Sequence record: OQ417969.1
DNA from: Mycobacterium phage prophiT37-1
Length of the DNA stretch: 64,000 bases
Strand: one strand, 5' to 3'
Part shown: piece by piece, positions 37,159 to 47,554 of the stretch
Numbering within the stretch: position 1 is the first letter of the stretch
Layout: the number at the start of each line of letters is the position of its first letter
Notes under the pieces: model-generated
What the model was told of the DNA's origin: nothing
The model's input: the letters and a program-made list of their open reading frames with translations, nothing else
Databases searched by the model: none
Translations under genes and position numbers: made by a program

Positions 37159-37553
37159 GCACCACCACCGCGCGCAAGGCATCGCCCCGCAAAGCGGGCG
37201 CGAAGAAGGCAGCCGCACCAGCGGCAGCCGACGCACCGGTGGACGAGACGAAGGAGGCCCCCGCTTCGGCGGGGGCACCTTCTCCGTACCCCGACGGCAC
37301 GGCCCTGTTCGAATTCACGACCAGCGACGGGTACGTCGTCCAGTTCCCGAAGTACTCGGAGATCACGCCACCTACCCGCCAATTCTGGTGGGCGCTATAC
37401 CAACTCGACGAGACCTTCCAAGCGTTCGAGTGGATGGACTGGGCAGGGGTTCCCAAGGAAATCCAACTCCGCGTCGTCGGCCTCGGCGATGACGAATACA
37501 AGGCCGTGTTCGACGCCTGGTTCGCCGACTCGAAACTGACCGCGGGGGAATAG
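37155..37553 (+). CDS. tail assembly chaperone (G)
   Basis: Position between major tail and tape measure. Acidic C-terminal half. Confidence 0.6.
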   Translation: MSTTTARKASPRKAGAKKAAAPAAADAPVDETKEAPASAGAPSPYPDGTALFEFTTSDGYVVQFPKYSEITPPTRQFWWALYQLDETFQAFEWMDWAGVPKEIQLRVVGLGDDEYKAVFDAWFADSKLTAGE

Positions 37554-37987
37554 GTGCGCTCACCCGGGCCATCGGCCAGCACTGGCACGCGGTCGAGCGC
37601 GACCTCATATCGCTAGACAAGGACACCGATTTCGACGACCGGCTGTTGCCAGTCGCCAAACTCGGGTCCATCGTGCTGGCCGCACCCCCTGGCACGGCCG
37701 TCTACCACGCCATCCACGGCGGGTGGACCCGGGAGTCTCACCTGCTAGCTGCCCAGATGGAGCAGCACGCAGGTCTGGTCACTATGCCCCAGCGGATCGC
37801 CCGTGAGGGCGTCGACCCCAACGCCCCTGTGCCGCAACCTGAGCGGCCGGTGGGACCACCACCGCCTGGGCTACTCACCTGCGACGAGATGTCACTTGAG
37901 GACTTCGAGCGACTACGCGCAGCCAACTACGCGCTGGGCGAGTCGCCCGGCCGCGTCATCGGTATGAAGAAAGGAGTAACCGGTTGA
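37155..37987 (+). CDS. tail assembly chaperone G-T fusion via programmed -1 frameshift
   Basis: The -1 frame is open from 37493 through 37987, spans the G stop, and ends 4 nt into the tape measure gene (37984). The shift must occur between 37493 and 37553, plausibly at the gcgggggaa run just before the G stop. Confidence 0.45.
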
Positions 37988-40900
37988 GTCCAGCAGTCGC
38001 CGCCGTTGAACTGGCACAAGTATGGGTGCCACTCATGCCCGAGGCGTCCGGCCTTGCCGCGGGCGTCGAACGCATCGGCCGCGACGCTGAACGCCGCTTC
38101 GGGCGTGCCACCCGGACCATGGGCGCCGACATGGCCCGCAACCTTGCCGCCAGCGGTAAGTCGGCGGTCGACGCACTTCGCCAGGTCGAACGTGCGGAGA
38201 AGGCACTGGCGACTGCGAAGAAGGCAGACGCGGACGCCACCGGCCGCCTCACCGTCGCCCAGACACGACTCAACGAACTCAACGAGAAGGGCAGGGCCAC
38301 AGCCACCCAGCGGGCCACCGCTGAGGAGGGAGTGGCGCGGGCGCGGCGCGCGCAGGAGCTGTCGACACAGAATCTGACCCGCGCCACCCGGGACCTGGAG
38401 CGTGCGCAGAAGGCGCAGTCGCAGGCGTCCAGTCAGGTCAAGATGCCGTTCGGTGCCGGGCTGATCATGCGAGCCGAGGCGTACGGGTCGGACTCCGGCG
38501 CCCGCTTCGCGCAGGGCTTCCAGCGCGCCCTCAACACCGGCGCCGCTCTGGCCGCAGGCGGAGGTTTCATTGCCGCAGTCAAAAGTGTTGTAGACACGGG
38601 CCTTTCGTTTGACTCGGCGCTCAACACCATGCAGGGCGTCACCCGCGCCCTACCTGAACAAATGGCCGCCGTATCGCGGCGCGCCCGCGAGCTGGGCGCC
38701 GACACCCAGCTCGCCGGGGTATCGGCCTCCGACGCAGCCCAGGCGATGACCGAACTCGCCAAGGGCGGATTCGACGTCGACCAGTCCATGTCAGCGGCCC
38801 GCGGCACCCTGCAATTGGCCACCGCCGCACAGGTATCCGCAGCAGAGGCGGCCAAGATTCAGGCCAACGCCCTCCACGCCTTCGGAATGGACGCCAACCA
38901 GGCGGCCAATATGGCCGACATGTTGGCGAACGTCGCCAACGCATCCACCGGCGACATCGGCGACTTCGCCCTCGGCCTCCAACAGGCCGGTGCCGTTGCC
39001 CACGGCTTCGGCCTGACCGCCCAGGACACCATCACTGCCCTCGGACTTCTGGCCAACGCCGGTATCCGCGGCTCCGATGCAGGCACCCTCATCAAGACCT
39101 CGCTCCAGGCCATCACTGACCAGGGAAACCCCGCCCAGGGCGCCATCGAAAGCCTGGGACTGACCCTGTACGGCACCACCGGCAAGTTCGTCGGCTACCG
39201 CTCCATGCTGGAACAGGTTGCCGCAGCGTCAAAGAGGATGACCGAAGAGGAGTTCCAGGCCGACACCAACATCCTATTCGGCTCCGACGCCATGCGCGCG
39301 GCGATGGTCGCAGCCGGTGGCGGCGTCCAGATGTTCGACGAGATGTTCCGGGCCGTCGGCCGCGCCGGTGGTGCCAGCGAGATGGCCGCCGCCCAGATGC
39401 AGGGCCTACCGGGGGTCGTCGAAGGCCTCAAGAACACCGCCGAGAGCGCGAAACTCGCTCTTTACGACCTTGTTTCGCCGTCCTTGCAGTCAGCCGGTCG
39501 GGGGATGACCGGCTGGCTGGACAAGGCCGCCGACGCGATGCGCGACCTCAGGACCGGCGGTGGCGGCAGCGGTACCGCGGTCGACCAGATCCGGCAGGGC
39601 TGGCGCGACATCTCCAGCGCCGCCAAGGACCTGGCACCCTCCCTCGCTGCCGCATCCAAGGCCATCGCAATGGGCGCCGGGGCAACTGCCGTAGCAGGCT
39701 GGCGTGCACTAGGTTTCGCCATGCAGGCGTTGGAGCCGCCGCTGAAATTGGTAGCCGACATCCTCGGCAACAACCAGTGGCTCACCACCGGCCTCGTCGC
39801 AGTCCTCACCGCCCTCTACCTCAAATCCAAGTTGACCGGCCCTGCCCTACAGGTTGCCGCTAAGGCCACTCAGGCATGGGGCACCGCCTTCGCGGGATGG
39901 CGTACCCCCGCTACGCAGGCACAGCAGGCCATGGAGAACGCGACACGCGCCGCTGGCGAATCGACACGCGCGCAACGCGGATGGGTCACGCAGATGCGGG
40001 ACAGCTACAACCAGGCTGCCGACCGGTCCCTGTTCTACTCCCGTACCGCGGGAACCGCCGGGGCAGCCATGACCGGCATGAAGCTCGCCGGGTCCGGGGT
40101 CTTGTCCATGCTCGGCGGCCCGTGGGGCATCGCCGCCGCCGGTGTCGGCATCGCTATGGGCATGATCGCCGACGCCCACCAGAAGGCCGCACAGAAGGCA
40201 CAGGAGCAGAAGCAGGCCGAAGAGGAATTGCGCGCCACCCTGGACCAGGACACCGGTCGCGTCACCGACGAGACCCGTAGGAAGGCCGCCGAGCGGTTCG
40301 GCAAGGAAGACCCCTACAAGACCACCGACATCGGGCGCGCCAAGGGCCTAGGAATCGACCCAAACATGTTGGTAGACGCCGCAACTGGAACAGGCAACGC
40401 GCAGGCGTACGACATCATCAAAAAGCTGGCGCTAGACAAGGGCGTCCGGGAGGGCCTGGACAAGGTCTCCATCACCGGATCAGGCGGCACGAAGCTGGAC
40501 TGGAAGGTCATCCAGCAGCAGTACCAGGCCATGGGCGTGTCATCCGACGAGCTGTACAACGCACTCCTCAAGGAGGGCAACGGCTGGGACACCGTCAACG
40601 AGAAGATCGCAAAATACCGCACGGCCAACCCCGGCGACCAGAACCTCGTTGGACTGCAACAGATTATCGACGCCATGCCCGACGCCAATGAGTCGCTTAT
40701 CACGCTAACTCAGAACGTCAACGAGCAGCGGCGCGAGACGGACAAGGGCGCACAGTCATTGCGGGACATGGCACAAGCCCAGTACGGGCTGTGGAAGCCG
40801 ACAGAGGAAGGCACCGCCAGGTTCAAGGAACTCGGCGCCGCCATCGTGTCGGTGCCCAACAACAAGTCGATAGACCTCAAGGTCGACCCGGCGAAGTACG

Positions 40901-42693
40901 ACGAGACGAAGAAGAAACTCGAAGAACTCGGGTACACCGTCACGCAGCTGCCCGGCGGAATCGTAAAGGTCACCGCGGCAACCGATGAGGCGCAGAAGCG
41001 TTTCAACGACCTGGTGTACAAGGTCAACAACACGACCGCCACCCTTCCCATCGACCTCAAACTGGCCAACTCACTCGGCGCGATCTTGCCGCCCGGATTA
41101 CAGGGCGTATTCAGCGCAGCCACCCTCGCCGGGCAGATACCCGGCCGCGCCTCCGGTGGACATGTCGACAGCCGCGGCGTCATCAGCGGCCCAGGGGCGG
41201 GCACCAGCGACTCCATCCTCGCTCGCGTAATAGGCGGTGGCGCAGGGGGATTTATCAAGGTATCCAACCAAGAGTCGATCAACACCGCGCAGTCCACCCG
41301 CGACAACATGCCGCTCATCAACGCCATGAACCGCGGCTGGGTACCGTCCGCCAACTTCCTGCGAATCCTCACCGGCATACCCGGATACGCGGGCGGCGGC
41401 CCCATCTCAATCGAAGACGCAGCCAACGACATGGCAGGCGCGCCCTACGTTCGCGGCGGCCACAGCCCATCCGGCACCGACTGCTCCGGTGCCGCGTCCG
41501 TCCTCGTCAACGCCGCGGTCGGCCAGCCCCTGTACGGCGAGCGAATGGCGACCGGGAACGCAGCCGATTGGCTCGCCGCCCGCGGCGCCATCATGGGCCG
41601 CGGACCAGCAGGCACCCTCCGGGTCGGATGGAAGAACGGCGGCCCCGGCGGCGGCCACATGGCGGTCACGCTGCCCGACGGCCGCAACGCCGAATCCGGT
41701 GGCAGCGTTGGCAAGTTCACGGTCGGTGCGGGCGCCGCGGGCGCCGACGACCCCCAGTTCACCAACCAGGCGTACATCCCCGTCAACGCCATGTACCCCG
41801 ACGGCTGGCCCAGCGGCGCGGCAGGCGGCGGCTACAGCATGTACGGCTCCGGCAGCGGAGGAGGCGGGGGTGGCGGATTCGGCGGTGGGGGAAGCGGTGG
41901 GGGCGGCGCATCCCCCGCACAGCGACGCCAACTGCGCGACGCGGAGCAGAAGGTCCAGGACAAGCAGTTCGATGTCGAACAGGCCCAACGCAAGCTCGAC
42001 GAACTACAGAGCAAGAAGAACGTCAAGCCGTCCGAGCAGGCAGCCGCCGAGGAGCGGCTATCCCGGGCGCAGCGCGAGCACAAGGACGCGCTGGACGACC
42101 TGGCCACGAAGCAAGAACAAGTCAACGACGCCGATGCCCGGGGCCGCGGTGGACGCAACGGTCAGCAGCCGGGCAGCGGTCCTGACGGTAAGAGCTTCGC
42201 CAAGGACATGATGTCCGGCGCCATGGAGATGCTCGGCCTCGACGGCTCCATCTTCTCCAACCCCATGGAGTGGGGCATCTTCAAGCTGTTCACCGGAGGT
42301 GCAAACGCCATCGGCGGAATGCTCAAGAACGCATTCGGCGGACCGCAGCAACAGCAGCAGAACCCCTTGGGCACTCAGGCCCTGCGCAACAACCGCCATG
42401 GCCCAGGCGGCGCCCCCGGCCCCGGAAACGGAGGCCTTGGAGAGTTCGACTTTGGCGACGGCGGCATGGGCGTGGTCGGCGACGCACTCCAGGCAGCGCT
42501 CCCACAGGTCGGCGACTTCCTGCCCAACAGCCAGAACCCGGGCGGGAACAACTACACGACCAACCAGAACAGCAACAACAGCAACGCCACCGGTGCCGCG
42601 TTCTACGGCCCCGTCACCATCAACGACCCAGGAGGCCTGGTGAAGCCGCCCGACCGGATGAACACCCGGATGACGGGACTGCCTCGGCCGTGA
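37984..42693 (+). CDS. tape measure protein
   Basis: 1569 aa, Ala-rich coiled coil, Gly-rich C-terminus. Internal NlpC/P60-like motif GGHSPSGTDCSGAASVLVNAAVG. Confidence 0.9.
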   Translation: MSPAVAAVELAQVWVPLMPEASGLAAGVERIGRDAERRFGRATRTMGADMARNLAASGKSAVDALRQVERAEKALATAKKADADATGRLTVAQTRLNELNEKGRATATQRATAEEGVARARRAQELSTQNLTRATRDLERAQKAQSQASSQVKMPFGAGLIMRAEAYGSDSGARFAQGFQRALNTGAALAAGGGFIAAVKSVVDTGLSFDSALNTMQGVTRALPEQMAAVSRRARELGADTQLAGVSASDAAQAMTELAKGGFDVDQSMSAARGTLQLATAAQVSAAEAAKIQANALHAFGMDANQAANMADMLANVANASTGDIGDFALGLQQAGAVAHGFGLTAQDTITALGLLANAGIRGSDAGTLIKTSLQAITDQGNPAQGAIESLGLTLYGTTGKFVGYRSMLEQVAAASKRMTEEEFQADTNILFGSDAMRAAMVAAGGGVQMFDEMFRAVGRAGGASEMAAAQMQGLPGVVEGLKNTAESAKLALYDLVSPSLQSAGRGMTGWLDKAADAMRDLRTGGGGSGTAVDQIRQGWRDISSAAKDLAPSLAAASKAIAMGAGATAVAGWRALGFAMQALEPPLKLVADILGNNQWLTTGLVAVLTALYLKSKLTGPALQVAAKATQAWGTAFAGWRTPATQAQQAMENATRAAGESTRAQRGWVTQMRDSYNQAADRSLFYSRTAGTAGAAMTGMKLAGSGVLSMLGGPWGIAAAGVGIAMGMIADAHQKAAQKAQEQKQAEEELRATLDQDTGRVTDETRRKAAERFGKEDPYKTTDIGRAKGLGIDPNMLVDAATGTGNAQAYDIIKKLALDKGVREGLDKVSITGSGGTKLDWKVIQQQYQAMGVSSDELYNALLKEGNGWDTVNEKIAKYRTANPGDQNLVGLQQIIDAMPDANESLITLTQNVNEQRRETDKGAQSLRDMAQAQYGLWKPTEEGTARFKELGAAIVSVPNNKSIDLKVDPAKYDETKKKLEELGYTVTQLPGGIVKVTAATDEAQKRFNDLVYKVNNTTATLPIDLKLANSLGAILPPGLQGVFSAATLAGQIPGRASGGHVDSRGVISGPGAGTSDSILARVIGGGAGGFIKVSNQESINTAQSTRDNMPLINAMNRGWVPSANFLRILTGIPGYAGGGPISIEDAANDMAGAPYVRGGHSPSGTDCSGAASVLVNAAVGQPLYGERMATGNAADWLAARGAIMGRGPAGTLRVGWKNGGPGGGHMAVTLPDGRNAESGGSVGKFTVGAGAAGADDPQFTNQAYIPVNAMYPDGWPSGAAGGGYSMYGSGSGGGGGGGFGGGGSGGGGASPAQRRQLRDAEQKVQDKQFDVEQAQRKLDELQSKKNVKPSEQAAAEERLSRAQREHKDALDDLATKQEQVNDADARGRGGRNGQQPGSGPDGKSFAKDMMSGAMEMLGLDGSIFSNPMEWGIFKLFTGGANAIGGMLKNAFGGPQQQQQNPLGTQALRNNRHGPGGAPGPGNGGLGEFDFGDGGMGVVGDALQAALPQVGDFLPNSQNPGGNNYTTNQNSNNSNATGAAFYGPVTINDPGGLVKPPDRMNTRMTGLPRP

Positions 42694-43703
42694 GGTACAT
42701 CCGGCAGTCCGAGATCCCCGCCTACGACCAATGGGACAAGCTGCCGAAGGCCCTCCAGGGGCTCGACACCCGGATCGTCCACATCTCACCGGACGGCGAC
42801 TTCACCGACATGTACGGCGGCGTCAACGCCGGACGTCAGGGCGTGCAGCTGTCCGAAGACATTGAGGGCGAGCACCACTGGCCTTTCGAGCTGCTGCTAA
42901 CCGAAGGCGCCTACGAGCTTGGGGCCACCGTCGAACGCGCCAACATCCTCAAACGCGAAATCAACTTCACCGTCTCCATCGGCGGTAAAGGAGTGCCGTT
43001 CAACAACTTCCAGTACCGCATGGCTGAGGACCGCTGGTTCCGCGGCCAGGACGAGAACCGTGACGGATGGCTCGGCATCTACACCCGCTTCTCCGGCTGG
43101 CGGTGGATCAGGGTCCGGCCCGCCCAGACCGTAGGCGGCAGCCAGAAGCGCGACCCCGTCGCCTTCGGAAACAACTTCGCCAAGTGGCCGATGAAGTGGC
43201 TGGCGCAGAAGCCCTACTACAGCAAGCCATCCATCTGGGCGACGTGGCAGAACAACCCCGCCACCGCAGCACAATTCGGTGGAGACGGCGAAGGCATCAT
43301 CGTGCTGCCCAACCGCGGCGACCTGGAGTCCTACACCCAATTCATAGTCCCGCCCGGACGGTGCTGGGTTGAGGACGGCGACAGCGGACGCATGGTCGAG
43401 CTACCCCTCATAGCCCCCTCCGACGGATACGTCCTCGTCGACACCGACCCCAAGGAGCGGACACTCACCGCATCCAACGACCCGGTCGACAACATCTTCT
43501 ACCAGATCGCCAGGCGCTCAAAGATACTGGACTTCCTACTGCACGACCTGGCAGCCACCGGTGAGCCGGTGTGGAAGCGATTCGACAAGCGGTTCCAAGC
43601 ATCAGTCCCATCCAGGCACGTCGCGCAGATCCGGGTTAAGCACAGCAACCCCAACGCCAAGATCACCGCGATACTGCCGCAACGCTATAAGAGGTCTCGG
43701 TAG
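42690..43703 (+). CDS. minor tail protein (distal tail protein-like)
   Basis: GTG at 42690 (GTGA overlap) immediately after the tape measure. Confidence 0.65.
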   Translation: MRYIRQSEIPAYDQWDKLPKALQGLDTRIVHISPDGDFTDMYGGVNAGRQGVQLSEDIEGEHHWPFELLLTEGAYELGATVERANILKREINFTVSIGGKGVPFNNFQYRMAEDRWFRGQDENRDGWLGIYTRFSGWRWIRVRPAQTVGGSQKRDPVAFGNNFAKWPMKWLAQKPYYSKPSIWATWQNNPATAAQFGGDGEGIIVLPNRGDLESYTQFIVPPGRCWVEDGDSGRMVELPLIAPSDGYVLVDTDPKERTLTASNDPVDNIFYQIARRSKILDFLLHDLAATGEPVWKRFDKRFQASVPSRHVAQIRVKHSNPNAKITAILPQRYKRSR

Positions 43704-45539
43704 GTGACTAGCGCACTCCTAGATGGCGTACAGCACGGATTAACCACAGCGCCACTGGAGTTCACGCGCTGGCTCAACGACGCCCTCGTAGACACGATGA
43801 ACCGGCCGACCAAGCCGGACCCCGCCACAGACCCCATGTCGGCCTACAAGTACCTGCGCGGCCGACGCGACGCCATTGAAGGTGCGGCACGCCAACGGCC
43901 CATGCTGCGCCTCTTCGACAAGAACATGGACCCCATCGCCCAAATCGCGGGCGAGCGGCTGGCGTCGGTCGAGGAGATGAATTCGGACTCCGGCCAGGCG
44001 AATGTCGTACTGCGGTACGACAACTGGCTCACTGACTTCATCCTCCAGCAGACGAAGATCCACGAGGACCTACACCTGGTCGTTGACCCCATCCCTACAC
44101 AGCCAACCTGGCGGACCCGGTGGGGAGGGAAGGTCACCGGCATCAACGCCAAGCGTGACTCGTCCGGCGTCCACACGCTGGAGCTGGAGGCGATCAGCAA
44201 CCGGCAGCACGCAAAGAATCTGCTCTTCGCTGCTAACCCCGTGTTTCCTCCCGAGGTCCAGCTGCCGAAAATGTGGGTGCTACCAGGCAATACGCGCACC
44301 ATCTTGTCCGCGTCCATGTTCATCAACCTGGCGCGCCTGTTCTTCCCGCTCCTGTCCATCCCAACCAACGTCTTCAACCCGTTTGGCTGGCTCAACGGAG
44401 GCATCAGCGGCCTCGACCCGCTGTCCTGGCCGCTGCAAGTCGCGTTCGTCAACCCCATCCTCGACCAGTCCCGTCTCTCCGTCATCGGTGCCGCATGGAC
44501 CGACTGGCACTCGGCGATGAACGACATGTTGAAGGACGCTGGCTGCGACTTCCGCGCCTACACCTGGCTCAAGGAAGACAAGGACTCCCCGCACACCGAA
44601 CTCGTAGACCTGGTGCGCGGCACCGTTGCTGAGGACGCCGTCAACGACGCCACTCGGCCGCACCGCAACTGCATCGTCTTCGCCATCGAGGACAAGTCTG
44701 GCGTGACCGGCCCAACCGGAACGGCCGCCGACGGCGTCATCAACCTGATCGGCGCCACGTTGGACGACATGATCACCGAAACCCTCATCAACCTCGATGA
44801 GGATGGTGACGGCGAGACCGATCCGGTGTTCCGAAAGCTGCTCGGCGTCGCACCCGAGAAGCCGAAAACCATTTGGTACGACGGCCAATTCAGCGGAATC
44901 ATCGAGTCGGAGCGCCGACAACACAAGGGGCCAGTCAAGACGGTGATGACGGGCTCCCGCAGCCCGCAGATTGTCAACCAGGCTCAAACGTTTGCTATCA
45001 GATACGCGCTGTCGCAACTGGCGCAGGTAATCAACTATGCAATAGGCGCCTACCAGCAGCCGGGTACCGAAGGTCTGGACAACCTCTACCAAGGCCAGCT
45101 GGACAATACTTTGCTGGCGTGGATGCGCTTCACCGATCCGCGCCGCGCGCTCTGGACCGGCGACATGGCCTGGCAAGAGCATTTCGAGAAGGGCGGCGGC
45201 ACCGCCTACACCCTGTCCGGCGTCGTCACCATGCGCGTCGGCCACTACAAAACCCGTGCCTGGCAGGGCTTTACGGTCAAGGTCGTCAACGGCCGACCAC
45301 ATGCCATAGACATCGACATCGGCCTGGGCGACCGGGCCGGGTTCGAGCAGGGCGGCATCATCTTCGTCGACCAGATCACCGCCATAAAGCGAACGTGGTC
45401 CCGAAGTGAGCCAGTCACAGTGCAACTGGCCATCGGCGACGACAGCGACAAAGAAGACCCCGCGGCGCGGGGTCTTCGTGCATTGCAGGCCGTGTGGACG
45501 ACCCTGTCCCAATTCCTCGGCGAAGGAACCATCTTCTGA
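43704..45539 (+). CDS. minor tail protein (tail tip/hub-like)
   Basis: 611 aa. Position after the distal tail protein. Confidence 0.65.
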   Translation: MTSALLDGVQHGLTTAPLEFTRWLNDALVDTMNRPTKPDPATDPMSAYKYLRGRRDAIEGAARQRPMLRLFDKNMDPIAQIAGERLASVEEMNSDSGQANVVLRYDNWLTDFILQQTKIHEDLHLVVDPIPTQPTWRTRWGGKVTGINAKRDSSGVHTLELEAISNRQHAKNLLFAANPVFPPEVQLPKMWVLPGNTRTILSASMFINLARLFFPLLSIPTNVFNPFGWLNGGISGLDPLSWPLQVAFVNPILDQSRLSVIGAAWTDWHSAMNDMLKDAGCDFRAYTWLKEDKDSPHTELVDLVRGTVAEDAVNDATRPHRNCIVFAIEDKSGVTGPTGTAADGVINLIGATLDDMITETLINLDEDGDGETDPVFRKLLGVAPEKPKTIWYDGQFSGIIESERRQHKGPVKTVMTGSRSPQIVNQAQTFAIRYALSQLAQVINYAIGAYQQPGTEGLDNLYQGQLDNTLLAWMRFTDPRRALWTGDMAWQEHFEKGGGTAYTLSGVVTMRVGHYKTRAWQGFTVKVVNGRPHAIDIDIGLGDRAGFEQGGIIFVDQITAIKRTWSRSEPVTVQLAIGDDSDKEDPAARGLRALQAVWTTLSQFLGEGTIF

Positions 45540-46150
45540 TGGCCGCCGACAGGCCAGGCAAGGCGCACCGCGTACCGGCAGACCAGGTGCCCCCACCGGC
45601 GGCCGACACTACTGCGCTGTCCCCGCGCGACGTTGCCGTCTGTGCGGCAGCTGACGATGCCGAAAATGGCGACCTCACACCAGATATGCAGGTCGGTCTC
45701 GACGCCGGACTGGACATCGAGCAGGCCGCGAAGGTCGCAGAAATGCGCGAGATACAGCGCGCATACCTGGAGCTGCTGGAGGTCATGGAGTACCCGGTCG
45801 ACCAGAACGGTCGCGTCCACGACCTCAACCACATGTCCGCCACCATCCTCGCCATCGCCTGGACCGCAGTGCTGTACGGCTTCCGCCGCACCGCCACCGC
45901 ACACATCAAAAAGCGGCGCATGCACGGCCCAGGCATCTACGAGAACGCGTGCACATGGGTGGACGTCAACGCCCCCGATGACGCCGAACGAGACCTACAG
46001 CCAGGCGATTACAGCGACGACCGACTCCGCCCACCCGACGTCCGCGGCCTAGCCGCACGCCGCGACGGCGAGGGGCCAGTCGTGACCGCCGAGTGGCACA
46101 CGAAACCAGAGGTCCGCTACACCGACGCACCCCGTCCCAAGGAGGACTAG
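45539..46150 (+). CDS. minor tail-associated protein
   Basis: ATG at 45539 (TGATG overlap). Internal start of the 45494 ORF. Confidence 0.45.
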   Translation: MAADRPGKAHRVPADQVPPPAADTTALSPRDVAVCAAADDAENGDLTPDMQVGLDAGLDIEQAAKVAEMREIQRAYLELLEVMEYPVDQNGRVHDLNHMSATILAIAWTAVLYGFRRTATAHIKKRRMHGPGIYENACTWVDVNAPDDAERDLQPGDYSDDRLRPPDVRGLAARRDGEGPVVTAEWHTKPEVRYTDAPRPKED

Positions 46151-47554
46151 ATGACCGCACCGGTACCACCCATCGGCCTGATGGTGTACCTCAAGTCCCT
46201 GCTGACGAACACCCACATCTACGCCGTGGTGTCCGACGGCGCGACACCGGACCAGTACGCGGTCACCATGGAAATCCAAGGCGATCAGGCAACTTTGGTG
46301 GTTCCGGCTCTCATGGGGCCACAGGGTCCGGCCGGTACCAACGCCTTCGCCCTGCGCCTCCAGAAGTCGATGATCGATGACCCCGAGGACCTGCCGACCA
46401 ACCTCCAGGACATCGAGGAGGACATCGGCAAGTACTGGATCATGAACCACTACGCCACCGTCAACGAGGTCCAGACGGTGACACTCAACGGCAACCCCAC
46501 CTCCTTCACCATCGCGTACGACGGCCAGCCGACCTCATCCATTGCCGGTAACGCCACCGCTCAGGCGTTCGAGGACGCGCTGGTTGCCCTGCCCAACGTC
46601 TCGACCGGCGACGTCGAGGTCGTCGGCAACCCCGGCGGCCCCTACACGGTGACCTTCGCCGGTTCCAAGGCCGGTATCGGGCAGCCGCAGATGACCGGCA
46701 CGCCCACCGGCGGCACCAGCTCCTCCGTGGTCGTGACAACCGAGCAGGAGGGCGTCACCAACCTCATCGGGTCTCGCGCCTACATCTGGTTCGGCACGGA
46801 GTACCGCATCCTGATGATGGGATCGGAAGGCCCCCCGGGGCCGGTGCCCCAGATCAGCTGGAGCGTTGAGCTTCTCCCGCCGGAGGGCGCCCAAGACTCC
46901 TACGTCCACCAGACAGGGTCGCCGTACGCGCCGTCGTGCCGCCTGTACTTGAAGGTCCCGCGCGGCCCGCAAGGCGTTGCCGCCAGCCTCGGGCAGGCCC
47001 CGGACGTCGACATGTCCACCCCGCCACAACACCTCCAGGTTCTGGGCTTCGACGAAAACATCGGGGCATCCGGTAAGTGGCGGCCCATGTCCATTGGGTC
47101 GATCCTGCCTAGGCCGTTCACGGTGCCCGAGGCAGCGTTCACCAACTTCCAGGGCTTCTCCACCCGCGCACCCATCGGGTCCTTTGCCATTCCCGCGCAA
47201 CCGTTCCCGTGGAAGCCGATTGTGTTCGGGAAGATCAAGGCGACCGGCGTGGAGCTGGATCAGGACCCGCTCATCATCGGCTGCGAGGTCCGGCTGGGAC
47301 ACCCCACCTCCGGCCAACTCATTGCCCGTGGCTTCGGCAACACCTCCCAGTGGGCGCACATGTCGCCGCACGCGTCGACGCCGTCCGACCCCACCATGGC
47401 CATCACGCCGGACAACACCTACGCCCTGGTGCCTGCCAACCACACCGGCAACCAGGGCACCGTCTACGTCAACCTGTACAACGACGGCCTCGCCGGTGCC
47501 TACCTGTTCGACAAGGCCAACGCCCAGCTGTACGTCGAGGTCATGCCGGTCTAA
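46151..47554 (+). CDS. minor tail protein with collagen-like GPQGPAG segment
   Basis: Collagen-like repeat near the N-terminus, typical of actinophage tail fibres. Confidence 0.6.
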   Translation: MTAPVPPIGLMVYLKSLLTNTHIYAVVSDGATPDQYAVTMEIQGDQATLVVPALMGPQGPAGTNAFALRLQKSMIDDPEDLPTNLQDIEEDIGKYWIMNHYATVNEVQTVTLNGNPTSFTIAYDGQPTSSIAGNATAQAFEDALVALPNVSTGDVEVVGNPGGPYTVTFAGSKAGIGQPQMTGTPTGGTSSSVVVTTEQEGVTNLIGSRAYIWFGTEYRILMMGSEGPPGPVPQISWSVELLPPEGAQDSYVHQTGSPYAPSCRLYLKVPRGPQGVAASLGQAPDVDMSTPPQHLQVLGFDENIGASGKWRPMSIGSILPRPFTVPEAAFTNFQGFSTRAPIGSFAIPAQPFPWKPIVFGKIKATGVELDQDPLIIGCEVRLGHPTSGQLIARGFGNTSQWAHMSPHASTPSDPTMAITPDNTYALVPANHTGNQGTVYVNLYNDGLAGAYLFDKANAQLYVEVMPV

